The notes: generated from the letters alone by a model not told the origin. 48,013 nt of DNA from Flavobacteriales bacterium (GCA_020437875.1 JAGQVR010000003.1:1-48013); one strand, 5' to 3'; shown: positions 1-9,601, numbered from the stretch's first letter. Translations and numbers: made by a program.

Positions 1-1
1 C

Positions 2-3000
2 GTGAAGCATTACCTGACCCACTGCCTAGGCACCAGTGACCATGGCGCCTACCGCCACGTGCTCGCGCTCACCTTCACGAACAAGGCGGCGGCCGAGATG
101 AGGGATCGCGTGATCAGCTACCTGGAAGGACTGGCGGGTGGAGGTCCGTACAATGGTCCACTTGGTGACGTCGCCGATCATCTCCGTAACGTGAACGGGA
201 TCGATGCGGAGGAGCTCGCGCGCAGGGCGCATGTGGTGCTCGGCCACATGTTGCACAATTGGAGCGCGGTATCGATCAGCACCATCGATGCCTTCACCCG
301 ACGCGTGGTCAAGCCCTTCGCACGGGACCTGCGATTGGACCACGACCTCCGCATGAGCACCGAACAGGAGTTCTACCGCACCGAAGCGGTGAACGCCCTG
401 ATCGATCAGGCCGGACACGACGAAGGCACCACCCGGATGCTCACGCTCACCTGCCTGGAACTGCTTCAGGAGGAACGCCCCTGGGAACCGACCCGCCCCC
501 TGCTGGACCTCAGCCGCGAGCTGCTGAACGAACGGGCATTGCGTCCCCTCCGAGCCCTGCGCGACCGGTCATTCGACGATATCGCCGGGTTGTTGGACCG
601 ACTGAACGTGAACGCCGCGAGGTTCCGAAGGGAAGTACAGCGCATCGGCGCGGAGGCGGTGACCTTGTTCGCCAGCACCGGTGTTCCCAAGGAGGAGATC
701 GCCCACGGCGGCCCACCGCTCACCTATTTCCAGAGACTGGCCGAATTCAAGAACGAGTGGAACGAACCGGGCCCGCAGACGACCAGGCCGATCCAGGCGG
801 GCAAGCTTCATGCTGGCAAGGCGTCGCCCGCCAGCATCGAAGCGCTCCAGAGCATCGCGGGAGCCATCGACCGCTTGTTCCAGGAGGCGGCGGCGCTGAG
901 AGAGACAGGGTATCGGGACCATGTCATCCAACGTGCCGTATCACGGGAGCTCCTGCCAGCGTTCGCGCTGCACGGCATCGACCAGGCGATGGAGGAGTTG
1001 AAACGGGTGGATGGTGTGACCTTCTTCAGCGACCTGACCCGGCGTGTGGCGGAGGTGGTGAAGGATGAGCCCGTGCCCTACATCTACGAACGGCTCGGTG
1101 AGCGTTACCGGCACTTCCTGATCGACGAGTTCCAGGACACCTCGCTCCTGCAATGGCACGCCCTGTTGCCCTTGTTGGACAACGCATTGGCCACGGGCGG
1201 AAGCGTCCTGCTCGTTGGTGATGCGAAGCAGGCGATCTACCGCTGGCGCAATGGCGAGGTCCGGCTCTTCCTGGAACTGCCCGGTCTGTTCGACAGGGAT
1301 CCGCAGGATGACGCGCTGCTTCAGCAGGAAGCCACCCTGCGCCGCACCTGGCGGCCAGCCGAGCCCCTCGCCCTGAACCGGCGCTCCGCACAAGGGATCA
1401 TCGCCTTCAACAACGCCCTGTTCGAGGCACTGGCCCAAGTGCTCACCCCCGGGCTGCGCCGAGTGTACCACGAACAGGCCCAGCAGACCTGGCGCCCCGA
1501 GGTCGGTACCGTCCGCGTGCGCGTGGCCGACAAGTCGAGCGGTGATGAACTGAACGAAGCGATCCTTGGGCATGTCCTGGAGAGCTTGCGTCTCGCGATC
1601 GACAGCGGACACAGCCCGGGTGATGTGGCCGTTCTCGTGCGTTCGAAGCGCCTTGGTCGTGCGGTGGCCGAACACCTGCAGGCCCATGGGTTCTCTGTGA
1701 CATCCCCCGATGGCCTGCAACTGACGGCCGATCCCGCCGTGCAATTGCTCATCGAGTGCCTGCGGTTCCTTGTCCAGGACGACGATATCTCCGCCGCACG
1801 CGCCCTTCAATGGCAGGCCGTCGTGGCCCACGCAAGGAGCGAGGAGGAGGATATCAGCTGGTGCATCCCTCCACGACCTGATGGCCGTATCGATGCCGCG
1901 GCCAGCTTGCGTGAACACCTCCGCACCCATGGGGATCCGGGCATGCACACCACCCTGGCGGCCCTGATGGAAGGGCTTGCACACAGCTTCGGTCTTGATC
2001 CGGTCACAGACGCATCGCTGCTCACCCTGCTCGATGAGGCGCACGCCTGGAGCAGTGAACACGCGCAGGATATCGGCGGCTTCCTCGAACACTGGGACCG
2101 CGGCGGCGGCGATCGCAGCACGTCCGCGGGTGAAGGAACGGATGCGGTCCAGGTGATGACCATCCACAAGGCGAAGGGACTTCAATTCCCGGTGGTGGTC
2201 GTGCCGGATGCCCGCATGGTCAGCAACCGCTCGCACAGTGAACTCTTCTGGGTGGCTCCGGGAGAAGCCGTTCCGGAACTGTCCGAGGCCCTGATCAAGG
2301 AAAGCAAGGCCTTGCACGGGATCGGCCTGCCTGAACTGGAGGAGGAGCAGGCGCTGCGCGACCTCGATGCCCTCAACCTGCTCTACGTCGCGTTCACCCG
2401 GGCCGAGCAGCAACTCCATGTCCTCGTTCCCCAGGGGACCGACGCGGTGACGAAGGCCCTTCTCGCGTTCGCGGAGAGCAACGGAAACCTGCTCGACACT
2501 GGTATCATGCCAGCCGGTGACCCGGAAGCGCGTACGCAAGTACCGTTCGTGGTGCTGCGTGATGTGGCCACACCCGAACAAGGAGCGCCCTGGCGGATCC
2601 GTGCGGACGCAAATGAAGCAGAAGCGGCACTGGAGGAACGCCGCTACGGTACCGCTGTGCATGCCCTGCTCGCCGGCATCCGACAGGTCGATGATGTACC
2701 ACATGCAGTGTCCGCGGCCGTGGCGAGAGGCGAAATGGACCCTTCAGAAGGAGGACCATTGACCGAACGTTTGACCGCTGCGCTCTCCTCCCCGCCCTTG
2801 CATCGCTGGTTCAACGGATCGACCGGTGTACGCGCCGAGGCCGCGATCATCATGGCCGATGGAAGCGGCCTGCGCCCGGACCGCATCGCCGAGGACATCG
2901 ATGGCATGCACGTGCTTGAGATCAAGACCGGAAAACCCGCCAAGGCCCATCACAAGCAACTACGCGGTTACCTTGATACCCTGCGTGCAATGGGTCATTC

Positions 3001-3061
3001 GAAGGTGGATGGCCTTCTCTGGTACCTGGCATCGGGCACCACCGAACCTGTTGATGCATGA
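2..3061 (+). CDS. addA: AddA-like ATP-dependent helicase-nuclease (UvrD/Rep-family helicase with C-terminal PD-(D/E)XK nuclease); 5' end lies outside the window
   Basis: The ORF is open from the window edge. UvrD-family motifs are visible: 'LTFTNKAAAEMRDRV', 'LIDEFQDTS', 'VGDAKQAIYRWR', 'VMTIHKAKGLQFPVV' and 'LLYVAFTRA'. The C-terminal 'LEIKTGK...QLRGYL' is a nuclease ExK plus QxxxY motif. Walker A is absent, consistent with N-terminal truncation at the edge. Confidence 0.85.
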   Translation: MKHYLTHCLGTSDHGAYRHVLALTFTNKAAAEMRDRVISYLEGLAGGGPYNGPLGDVADHLRNVNGIDAEELARRAHVVLGHMLHNWSAVSISTIDAFTRRVVKPFARDLRLDHDLRMSTEQEFYRTEAVNALIDQAGHDEGTTRMLTLTCLELLQEERPWEPTRPLLDLSRELLNERALRPLRALRDRSFDDIAGLLDRLNVNAARFRREVQRIGAEAVTLFASTGVPKEEIAHGGPPLTYFQRLAEFKNEWNEPGPQTTRPIQAGKLHAGKASPASIEALQSIAGAIDRLFQEAAALRETGYRDHVIQRAVSRELLPAFALHGIDQAMEELKRVDGVTFFSDLTRRVAEVVKDEPVPYIYERLGERYRHFLIDEFQDTSLLQWHALLPLLDNALATGGSVLLVGDAKQAIYRWRNGEVRLFLELPGLFDRDPQDDALLQQEATLRRTWRPAEPLALNRRSAQGIIAFNNALFEALAQVLTPGLRRVYHEQAQQTWRPEVGTVRVRVADKSSGDELNEAILGHVLESLRLAIDSGHSPGDVAVLVRSKRLGRAVAEHLQAHGFSVTSPDGLQLTADPAVQLLIECLRFLVQDDDISAARALQWQAVVAHARSEEEDISWCIPPRPDGRIDAAASLREHLRTHGDPGMHTTLAALMEGLAHSFGLDPVTDASLLTLLDEAHAWSSEHAQDIGGFLEHWDRGGGDRSTSAGEGTDAVQVMTIHKAKGLQFPVVVVPDARMVSNRSHSELFWVAPGEAVPELSEALIKESKALHGIGLPELEEEQALRDLDALNLLYVAFTRAEQQLHVLVPQGTDAVTKALLAFAESNGNLLDTGIMPAGDPEARTQVPFVVLRDVATPEQGAPWRIRADANEAEAALEERRYGTAVHALLAGIRQVDDVPHAVSAAVARGEMDPSEGGPLTERLTAALSSPPLHRWFNGSTGVRAEAAIIMADGSGLRPDRIAEDIDGMHVLEIKTGKPAKAHHKQLRGYLDTLRAMGHSKVDGLLWYLASGTTEPVDA

Positions 3062-3504
3062 CCATGCAATGGACAGCGACCAACTTCGATGCGCTTCCGC
3101 CCATCTCGCTCCACGCCATGTTCAAACTGCGTGTGGACGTGTTCGTTGTGGAACAGGCATGCGCGTACGGGGAAGTGGATGAGGCGGACCTCAGCGCGGT
3201 ACACATCCTCGGTCATGAGGATGGTATGCTGGTAGCATACGCCCGCATCCTTCCCGCTGCACCCGACGGCTTGCCGCACATCGGACGTGTCGTCGTGCAC
3301 CCTGCCTACCGGGGACATGGTCTGGGCCATGCACTGATGGAACGCGTCCTGGAGGAGCTACGCACCTTGACCGGGGACACGCGTGCCGCACTTGCCGCGC
3401 AGGAACATCTCCAGGGCTTCTATGAGCACCATGGCTTCATCGGAACAGGACCCGTCTACGATCTTGACGGCATCCCCCATGTGGACATGGTACGCGGATC
3501 CTGA
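3058..3504 (+). CDS. GNAT family N-acetyltransferase (ElaA-like)
   Basis: 148 aa. It has an ElaA-type N-terminus 'FKLRVDVFVVEQACAYGEVD' and the acetyl-CoA loop 'VVHPAYRGHGLGHALM'. Its ATG overlaps the addA-like stop (ATGA). Confidence 0.75.
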   Translation: MTMQWTATNFDALPPISLHAMFKLRVDVFVVEQACAYGEVDEADLSAVHILGHEDGMLVAYARILPAAPDGLPHIGRVVVHPAYRGHGLGHALMERVLEELRTLTGDTRAALAAQEHLQGFYEHHGFIGTGPVYDLDGIPHVDMVRGS

Positions 3505-3505
3505 G

Positions 3506-5629
3506 CTAGCGCAACAGGGTGAAGTGACCGATATATTCCTTGCTCATCGGTCCGAACTCCGACAGCCGCACCTTGTAGCCATACATGCCCTGAGGCAGGC
3601 CGTCGCCGCCCCAACCCTCTTTCGGGTCGGTGGTATGGAAACGCTCCACACCCCATCGGTCAACGATGACCAGATCGTACAGGCGGGCTCCAAGAACAAC
3701 AGGCAGGAATGTGTCATTCACACCATCACCATCCGGGGTGAAGGCCGAGGGAGCATAGAACAGATGATCCGACACATGGACGGTATGGGTGATGCTCGCC
3801 TCGCAATCCGTGCCGCTCGTGACCGTCTGGGTGATATCGTACCAGCCCGCATCCTCGAATTCGTACGAGAAGGATGGTTCCGTCAAGCGGTCCCCGTCGA
3901 CCTGGTAGGTCCACGCGACAGCTCCTTGTGCATGGTCCGTTATCTCCACCACGGGATCCAGGAGCGACACCTCGTTCGGGTATACCGTGAACTCCGCGAT
4001 GGGTTCCGGGAATACCTGCACCTGATCCGGCAACATGATGGTACGGGTATCCACGCAACCGGATGAGGTGTTCGCCGAGACCACCACATCGAAACTGCCT
4101 GCTTCGATGTACACATGGGCCAACTCCGCTTCCAACGAGGTCGATCCATCACCAAGGTCCCATGCGTAACTCACCGGCGTCCATGCTTCGCCCATGGCAG
4201 CGAACCCGAACGGGGTTCCCACACAGCCTGCGGTGTCGGTCACCACGTCAAGGACGATCCGTGGGTAGGCGGTGGCACTGTCCAGGTAACTGGCCTCACA
4301 ACCGAACTCCTGCACCGTGAGGAGGACCGGGAAGGTGCCCGGCTCGTTGAACACTGTGGTCGTCTGGACCCCTGATCCCGATATCGCCACATCATCCGGA
4401 CCGAACGACCACATGGCATCCACCAAAGGTGTGAAACGGCCTTCCGCCAGGAACGTCATCGGTGCATCCACACAGGCGATCGGTGGTCGAATGAAGCCCG
4501 GATCGAGCGGATAGTGTATCGCGAACTGCGACGTGCTCGTATCCGCGCATGGCCAGCCGGGGTTGGCGATCAGGGTGATCGTGTACGTACCCGTATCCGC
4601 ATAGGTCCACTCAGGGTCCATGAGGTCCGAAGTGTCCGCGGTGGTGCCGGCCACACCGAAATCCCAATGCCAGATCTGCCCATTGATGCTCTCGTTCGTG
4701 AACGGCATCGTCAGGCCGCTGCACCGGTCCTCCACGGTCTGATCGGCGATCACGGAGGCGATGAACGCATCACAGGCCACGACATCGAAGCGCACATCAC
4801 GGATCGATGCGCTCAGCAACTCACCGTTGCGGAATTCCCGCACCCGTACCCCGACCGCATAGGAGCCCAACAGCGTGGGATGCACGGTCAGTTCACCAGT
4901 GATCGGATCGATGGCCAGGCCGGGATCGGCATCCATGGGGTCACTGCTGTCATAACCCGCCGCCCAGACGATCGGTGCATACGGTGGTGGACCCGCCACT
5001 GGAGCGGGATCGGCCGCAGTACCACCAGCGTACGGCGAGAACAGGTCATAGACCAGGACATCACCGTCCGGATCCGTGGCCGAATGATCGAAGACCATGT
5101 CCTGCCCGAAGCACATGGCGACGGGAGGGTATCCGTTGAAGCGCGGGCTGCTGTTGTTGCCAGCTGATGCCGGCGGCACTTGCACAGTGCAGGTGAGCCC
5201 TTGAAGGACCCCTGCAGGCAGGTTGGTGGTGGAGGGCGTCCGGCAGCAACGTTGGTAGCTGATCACATAGCCCGTGGCGTTCGGTGGAAGGTCGATCACG
5301 GCAACGTACTCCGCCCAGGTCGCACAGATGGTCGGAGGCGCCTGTAGGCAGGGGCTGTTCAACTCAACGACCACATCATTCTCGACCGTGAATGATGGAG
5401 AGGTGGTGAACTGGAAGACGCCATCACCATCGTAGATCGCCATGGTCGCCTGTGCGTCGAACAAGGTCCCATTCGCGTTGTTCGCGCTGCAGTCCCTGAA
5501 CATGCGCAGGGTGACCCGATACTGGTTCCCCGCAAGCTTGTCGTAGTACATCTCCCCACCCAGCACATGCGTCGCGGAACAGACGGCGCTGACCGATGTG
5601 AACAGGACAAGGAGGATGACGCGGATCAT
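3506..5629 (-). CDS. Secreted PKD-repeat protein with T9SS type-B (CHU_C / gliding-motility C-terminal) sorting domain
   Basis: Signal peptide 'MIRVILLVLFTSVSAVCSA' is followed by the 'THVLGGEMYY' N-domain common in Bacteroidota adhesins. PKD-like repeats are present ('WHWDFG...TYTITL', 'WSFGPD...', 'YAWDLGDGS...'). The C-terminal 'FYAPSAFTPDGDGVNDTFLPV...GMYGYKV' matches the CHU_C motif. Confidence 0.8.
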   Translation of the reverse strand: MIRVILLVLFTSVSAVCSATHVLGGEMYYDKLAGNQYRVTLRMFRDCSANNANGTLFDAQATMAIYDGDGVFQFTTSPSFTVENDVVVELNSPCLQAPPTICATWAEYVAVIDLPPNATGYVISYQRCCRTPSTTNLPAGVLQGLTCTVQVPPASAGNNSSPRFNGYPPVAMCFGQDMVFDHSATDPDGDVLVYDLFSPYAGGTAADPAPVAGPPPYAPIVWAAGYDSSDPMDADPGLAIDPITGELTVHPTLLGSYAVGVRVREFRNGELLSASIRDVRFDVVACDAFIASVIADQTVEDRCSGLTMPFTNESINGQIWHWDFGVAGTTADTSDLMDPEWTYADTGTYTITLIANPGWPCADTSTSQFAIHYPLDPGFIRPPIACVDAPMTFLAEGRFTPLVDAMWSFGPDDVAISGSGVQTTTVFNEPGTFPVLLTVQEFGCEASYLDSATAYPRIVLDVVTDTAGCVGTPFGFAAMGEAWTPVSYAWDLGDGSTSLEAELAHVYIEAGSFDVVVSANTSSGCVDTRTIMLPDQVQVFPEPIAEFTVYPNEVSLLDPVVEITDHAQGAVAWTYQVDGDRLTEPSFSYEFEDAGWYDITQTVTSGTDCEASITHTVHVSDHLFYAPSAFTPDGDGVNDTFLPVVLGARLYDLVIVDRWGVERFHTTDPKEGWGGDGLPQGMYGYKVRLSEFGPMSKEYIGHFTLLR

Positions 5630-5642
5630 CTGCTGGGTAAGA

Positions 5643-5650
5643 CCAAATTA
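5643..5650 (-). promoter_or_regulatory. Near-match to the Bacteroidota -7 box (TAATTTGG on the minus strand), 14-21 nt upstream of the adhesin ATG
   Basis: The minus strand reads ...GAGTAATTTGGTCTTACCCAGCAG-ATG. It is one nucleotide short of the TAnnTTTG consensus. Confidence 0.25.
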
Positions 5651-5714
5651 CTCCACTTCGGGTTGTCCGCCACCGTGCAACAACGGGCGGTGGTCCCGGA
5701 TCGACCAACGGAGC

Positions 5715-5963
5715 TCAGTGCTGCTTCCCGGCAAGGCGCAGGGCACGCTCCCACTCTTGCGCATCCAGCTCATCGAAGGGGCCGGCCATGTCCATCATCT
5801 CGCGCACCCGCAGTTGCTCCGGATAGGCCTTCGCGTCCACATCAAGGTACAGCCATCGCTTCCCGATAAGCTGCAGCTCCTCGAACCGCTTCGCATGAAG
5901 TATCCGATAGTAGCTAGTGCCACCGACCAGGCGTCGGTACGCTGGGTATCCTTCCTTTCCCAT
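5715..5963 (-). CDS. Small hypothetical protein (82 aa; an alternative start at 5996 gives 93 aa)
   Basis: The ORF has native G/C-rich third positions. I recognise no motif. The start was chosen at the ATG that avoids overlapping the divergent addB-like start, and it remains uncertain. Confidence 0.45.
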   Translation of the reverse strand: MGKEGYPAYRRLVGGTSYYRILHAKRFEELQLIGKRWLYLDVDAKAYPEQLRVREMMDMAGPFDELDAQEWERALRLAGKQH

Positions 5964-5994
5964 CAGTACCTTCAGATTAACTTCCGGCGCTCCC

Positions 5995-8718
5995 ATGCGC
6001 CCCTTCCTCGAACGGCTTTCCGAACTCCTGCTGCAACGCCATCCGGATGACCTGGGATCGGTCGCGGTGGTGCTGCCAGGCAAGCGCGCGGGGCTTCATC
6101 TGCGAAAGTACCTCGCGAAGAAGAAGGGCGGACCATTGTGGAGCCCGGAGATCATGGACATGGGCACCTTCCTGCAGCGGCTCGCCGGCGTGGAACAGGG
6201 TGATACCATGGACCTCCTGCTCAAGCTTTACGACACCTACCGAGGGATCCACGGGCAAGGCGCGGATCCATTGGAGACCTTCCTCGAATGGGCACCCACC
6301 ACCCTGCGCGATATGAGCGAGGTGGATGCACACCTCATTGATCATGCCCGTTTCTACAAGGACCTGCGCGACTATCATGAGCTGGAGGAGTGGAGCTTCG
6401 GGCTGGGCGAGTTGAGTCCCATGCAACACCGCACCAACCAGGAATGGCGGGCCACCGGTGAATTGCACCGCGCCTTCACCGAGCGGATGAGGTCGGAAAA
6501 GCTCGGCACCTCCGGCTTCGTCGCACGTTGTGCGGCCACCCGGCTCGAGATGAACGGTGCACTTCCCTGGGAGCATGTCTGGTTCGCCGGGCTGAACGCG
6601 CTGGATCCAGCCACGACACGGACCATGGAACGGATCAAGGAGCAAGGAAGGGCCAGGGTGGCCTGGGACGCGGACCCCTTCTACCTGGATGACCCGTTGC
6701 AGGAAGCGGGCCGTTACCTGCGCCGATCCATCGACACGTTGGGCATCGGTGAACTTCCCCCGCAGGCCGGCATCCTGGAGAAGGAACGTCGCATCAGGAA
6801 GGTGGAGACACCGAACGCTCTGGCGCAAGCCGTGTACGTGGCGCAACGGCTCACGGAAATGAGCACGGAGGAGCGAGCGGACGCAGCCATCGTGCTTGCC
6901 CAGGAGGACCTATTGCTGCCCCTTCTTCAACGACTGCCCGGCGACATCGGGCGCGTGAACGTGACCATGGGTCTTCCATTGGCCACGCTTCCGGCTCAGG
7001 GACTTGTGGACCACTACCTGGGCCTTCAGGACCGATCAACGAAGCAGGAGATCGACGTGAGCTCCCTGCTCTCGCTGTTCACGCATCCGTTCCTCCAGGA
7101 AGGAGTCGCCACGCGCCGCATCATCGATGGGTTGAACAGTGCTCCGCATCCACGTCTCAGTGTCGAGGAACTGGATGCCGTGATCCATGGGTCCGGATCC
7201 TCCCATGTCGGGGTCATCCGCCGGGTCCTCGAGGCGGTCGGTGATGATGCGCGGATCGAGGAGGGTATGAGCGCCCTGTTCGACTGGGCGGATGCGACCC
7301 CCATCACCGACCCGTTGATGCGCGAACAACTCGCCCAGATGAGACGTCTGCAACAACGCCTTGGTCGGCTTCTCCAACGCGTGGACCTTGGGCTGATAGG
7401 CCCACGCAGCTATCGGCTCATCCGGGAACGGTTGCTGCGTGAAGAACGGATCTCATTCCTCGGCGAGCCCCTTCAAGGTCTCCAGGTGATGGGTCTTCTG
7501 GAAACACGGACCGTGGACCATGAACATCTCATCATCGTGGGGATGAACGAAGGCGCACTGCCCCGATCCGATGCAGCTGCATCCTGGATACCCTTCGATC
7601 TGCGGCGCCACCATGGCCTGCCGCTTCCCGCAGATGCCGAGGCGATCACCGCGTACAACTTCCAGCGGGCCATGCACCTCGCCTCCCGGGTGGAGTGGGT
7701 GCTGACCACCGGCGAAGGATCCGGCGCTGATGGACCTTCGCGCTTCATCGCGCAGTGGGAACATGAGGTGATCGGGCGCTCGCGCACGGTCCTTGAACAG
7801 GTGAACACCACCACCACCGTGGCCGTGCGGAACATGCGCCCGCTCGTGGTACCGAAGAACGAGGATATCCAACAGCGTTCGCGAGCACTGTGCGAACGCG
7901 GGCTCTCACCTTCTGCCCTGGGCACATGGCTGCGCTGTCCGCTCGACTTCTATTTCAAGTACATCGTCGGGGTGGAGGAAAAGGACCCGGCGGATGGACG
8001 ACTTGGCAGCGATGTACTGGGCAATGCGGTGCACAATACCCTCCAGCGGCTGCTCTCTCCGTACATCGGGCAGGAGCTCAAGCCGCAACAACTCGTGGAG
8101 GCCCGGGACCAGGTGCACGCCGTGCTGCGCGATGAGCTCTCGAAGGAACTGCCACCGACCACCCTGGACCACGGACACTATCGGCTACGTCGGGAGATGG
8201 CGGCCAGGGCGATGAGCGACCACCTGCTCGCGGAGGAGGAACGTTGCAGAAAGGGAAGTACGCGGATCCTCGCCATCGAGTCCACGGCGCAGGCGGAACT
8301 GGCGAACGGTGTGCGGCTGAAGGGCCGCCTGGACCGGATCGACGTACGCGATGGACGGTTGACGATCCTCGACGTGAAGACCGGGTCGGTACAGGAGAAG
8401 GAACTCCGGCTGGCGGACCTCTCGCGTGAGAGCATCACCCCGGAACGCACCTATGCGCTCCAACTGCTCGTTTATCTCTTCGCGTATATGAAGCAGCACC
8501 CTGAGGTGGAGCGTGCGAGCGCGGCCATCCTTCCCCTTCAGCGGCCAAGACAGGCCGTTGGCGAATCGCTCCGGATCAGCGGCGAGGAGGTGATCGATCG
8601 ATCACAGCTACCCGCGATCGAAGCACTGCTGGTCGCCCTGGTGGAGGAGATGCTCGACCCGACGATCCCATTCGCGCACCGCGAAGCGAGCCGGTATTGT
8701 CGTGTTTGCGTGCCGTGA
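5995..8718 (+). CDS. addB: AddB-like PD-(D/E)XK nuclease family protein (helicase-nuclease subunit B-like), apparently truncated inside its Fe-S motif
   Basis: 907 aa from the internal ATG 'MRPFLERLSELL'; the N-terminal extension in the ORF track overlaps the divergent gene. The C-terminal nuclease module contains 'WLRCPLDFYFKY', 'GRLDRIDV...LTILDVKTG' and 'YALQLLVY', and ends in 'CRVCVP*'. Confidence 0.75.
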   Translation: MRPFLERLSELLLQRHPDDLGSVAVVLPGKRAGLHLRKYLAKKKGGPLWSPEIMDMGTFLQRLAGVEQGDTMDLLLKLYDTYRGIHGQGADPLETFLEWAPTTLRDMSEVDAHLIDHARFYKDLRDYHELEEWSFGLGELSPMQHRTNQEWRATGELHRAFTERMRSEKLGTSGFVARCAATRLEMNGALPWEHVWFAGLNALDPATTRTMERIKEQGRARVAWDADPFYLDDPLQEAGRYLRRSIDTLGIGELPPQAGILEKERRIRKVETPNALAQAVYVAQRLTEMSTEERADAAIVLAQEDLLLPLLQRLPGDIGRVNVTMGLPLATLPAQGLVDHYLGLQDRSTKQEIDVSSLLSLFTHPFLQEGVATRRIIDGLNSAPHPRLSVEELDAVIHGSGSSHVGVIRRVLEAVGDDARIEEGMSALFDWADATPITDPLMREQLAQMRRLQQRLGRLLQRVDLGLIGPRSYRLIRERLLREERISFLGEPLQGLQVMGLLETRTVDHEHLIIVGMNEGALPRSDAAASWIPFDLRRHHGLPLPADAEAITAYNFQRAMHLASRVEWVLTTGEGSGADGPSRFIAQWEHEVIGRSRTVLEQVNTTTTVAVRNMRPLVVPKNEDIQQRSRALCERGLSPSALGTWLRCPLDFYFKYIVGVEEKDPADGRLGSDVLGNAVHNTLQRLLSPYIGQELKPQQLVEARDQVHAVLRDELSKELPPTTLDHGHYRLRREMAARAMSDHLLAEEERCRKGSTRILAIESTAQAELANGVRLKGRLDRIDVRDGRLTILDVKTGSVQEKELRLADLSRESITPERTYALQLLVYLFAYMKQHPEVERASAAILPLQRPRQAVGESLRISGEEVIDRSQLPAIEALLVALVEEMLDPTIPFAHREASRYCRVCVP

Positions 8719-8778
8719 GGACCGTGCCATTCCTATGCAACAAGCACCTTCGAAGGGAAGGACCACCCGGACCACTGG

Positions 8779-8808
8779 AAAAAAGGAAGGAGGCCGAAGC
8801 CTCCTTCC
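8779..8808 (-). terminator. Rho-independent terminator for the minus-strand T9SS gene
   Basis: Perfect 10-bp stem GGAAGGAGGC / GCCTCCTTCC (8785-8794 and 8799-8808) with a CGAA loop. A6 at 8779-8784 gives a T6 tract after the stem on the minus strand. Confidence 0.75.
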
Positions 8809-8827
8809 AGACATGCTCACTGAACGA

Positions 8828-9601
8828 TCAGCGATAGATCACCTTGTGCGAGGTGGTCGTCCCGTTGCGCTTCAACTTCACATAGTAGGCACCCGCACCC
8901 ATGGTGCTCAGGTCCATCTCGCGCTTGTAGTTGCCCTCAAGGTCGCGCACGGTCTCATTGAACACGCTCTGGCCGATGCTGTTGATCACCTCCACGGTCA
9001 CGTCCCCCTTCTCGGTGTTCGTGAAACTGAGGGTGAAGCGTCCATTGTTCGGGTTCGGTTGAATGAGGACGTTCCCATCCTCAGAAGCCGGGGCGAGTCC
9101 CTTGTAGATCACACCGGTACGGTCCGAGCCACCCAGTGATACGTAGTAGTTCGCGTTGTTCTGGCGGTCGGCCGTGTATGCATCGTTCACCAGTTCGAAC
9201 TCCCCCTGTCCGGTGACCGGGATACGGAGCACGGTGTATTCCTGCCCAGCCTGCCAGTTGACCCCGGTACTGCTCATGGCGCGCATCCCGAAACCGGCGA
9301 ATACCGCGTAACGGAAGCCACCATGCTCACGGATGTTGCCGGACCGGTCCACGCCCATATAGTTCGCCACGTCCTCGTCCTGCGTACTTGTGCCCAAACT
9401 CGCGCTCGAGTTGGCGTCCCACCGAATGGTGAACACCAGCGAGGAGAAGATGCCGGAGAAGTCTGCCTCCGGACGGACTTTGACCTCAAGAGCGCCATCG
9501 TTCTGGTACAGGCCGATGTCGACGTTCTGTTGGGCCATGGTCAGGCCGGTCGCTGCCAGGAGCAGGGCGGAAAGTGCGGTCGTGCGGATCGTTCGGATCA
9601 T
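8828..9601 (-). CDS. Small secreted protein with T9SS type-A C-terminal sorting domain
   Basis: The internal start 'MIRTIRTTALSALLLAATGLTMAQQ' is a signal peptide. The C-terminal 'VLIQPNPNNGRFTLSF...VEVINSIGQSV...GAYYVKLK' is a Por-secretion tail. Confidence 0.8.
   Translation of the reverse strand: MIRTIRTTALSALLLAATGLTMAQQNVDIGLYQNDGALEVKVRPEADFSGIFSSLVFTIRWDANSSASLGTSTQDEDVANYMGVDRSGNIREHGGFRYAVFAGFGMRAMSSTGVNWQAGQEYTVLRIPVTGQGEFELVNDAYTADRQNNANYYVSLGGSDRTGVIYKGLAPASEDGNVLIQPNPNNGRFTLSFTNTEKGDVTVEVINSIGQSVFNETVRDLEGNYKREMDLSTMGAGAYYVKLKRNGTTTSHKVIYR

Noticed and set aside
941-2704. Very long ORFs antisense to recognised genes. Examples are 941-2704 (587 aa), 11609-12883 (424 aa), 13851-15407 (518 aa), 18390-19706 (438 aa) and 37840-38910 (356 aa).
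   Set aside because: These are the expected artefact of a high-GC genome with G/C-rich third positions. Their translations are Arg/Pro/Gly/His-rich with no motifs, while the opposite strand carries clear UvrD, MenF/D/B, RluD and acyltransferase signatures.
8716-8718. Selenocysteine insertion or a TGA-recoding genetic code as the explanation for the TGA inside the AddB CX2CX5C motif.
   Set aside because: I see no convincing SECIS-like hairpin directly downstream. Many genes in the window end cleanly on TGA, often in ATGA overlaps, so TGA is a normal stop here. A nonsense mutation or sequence error is more parsimonious.
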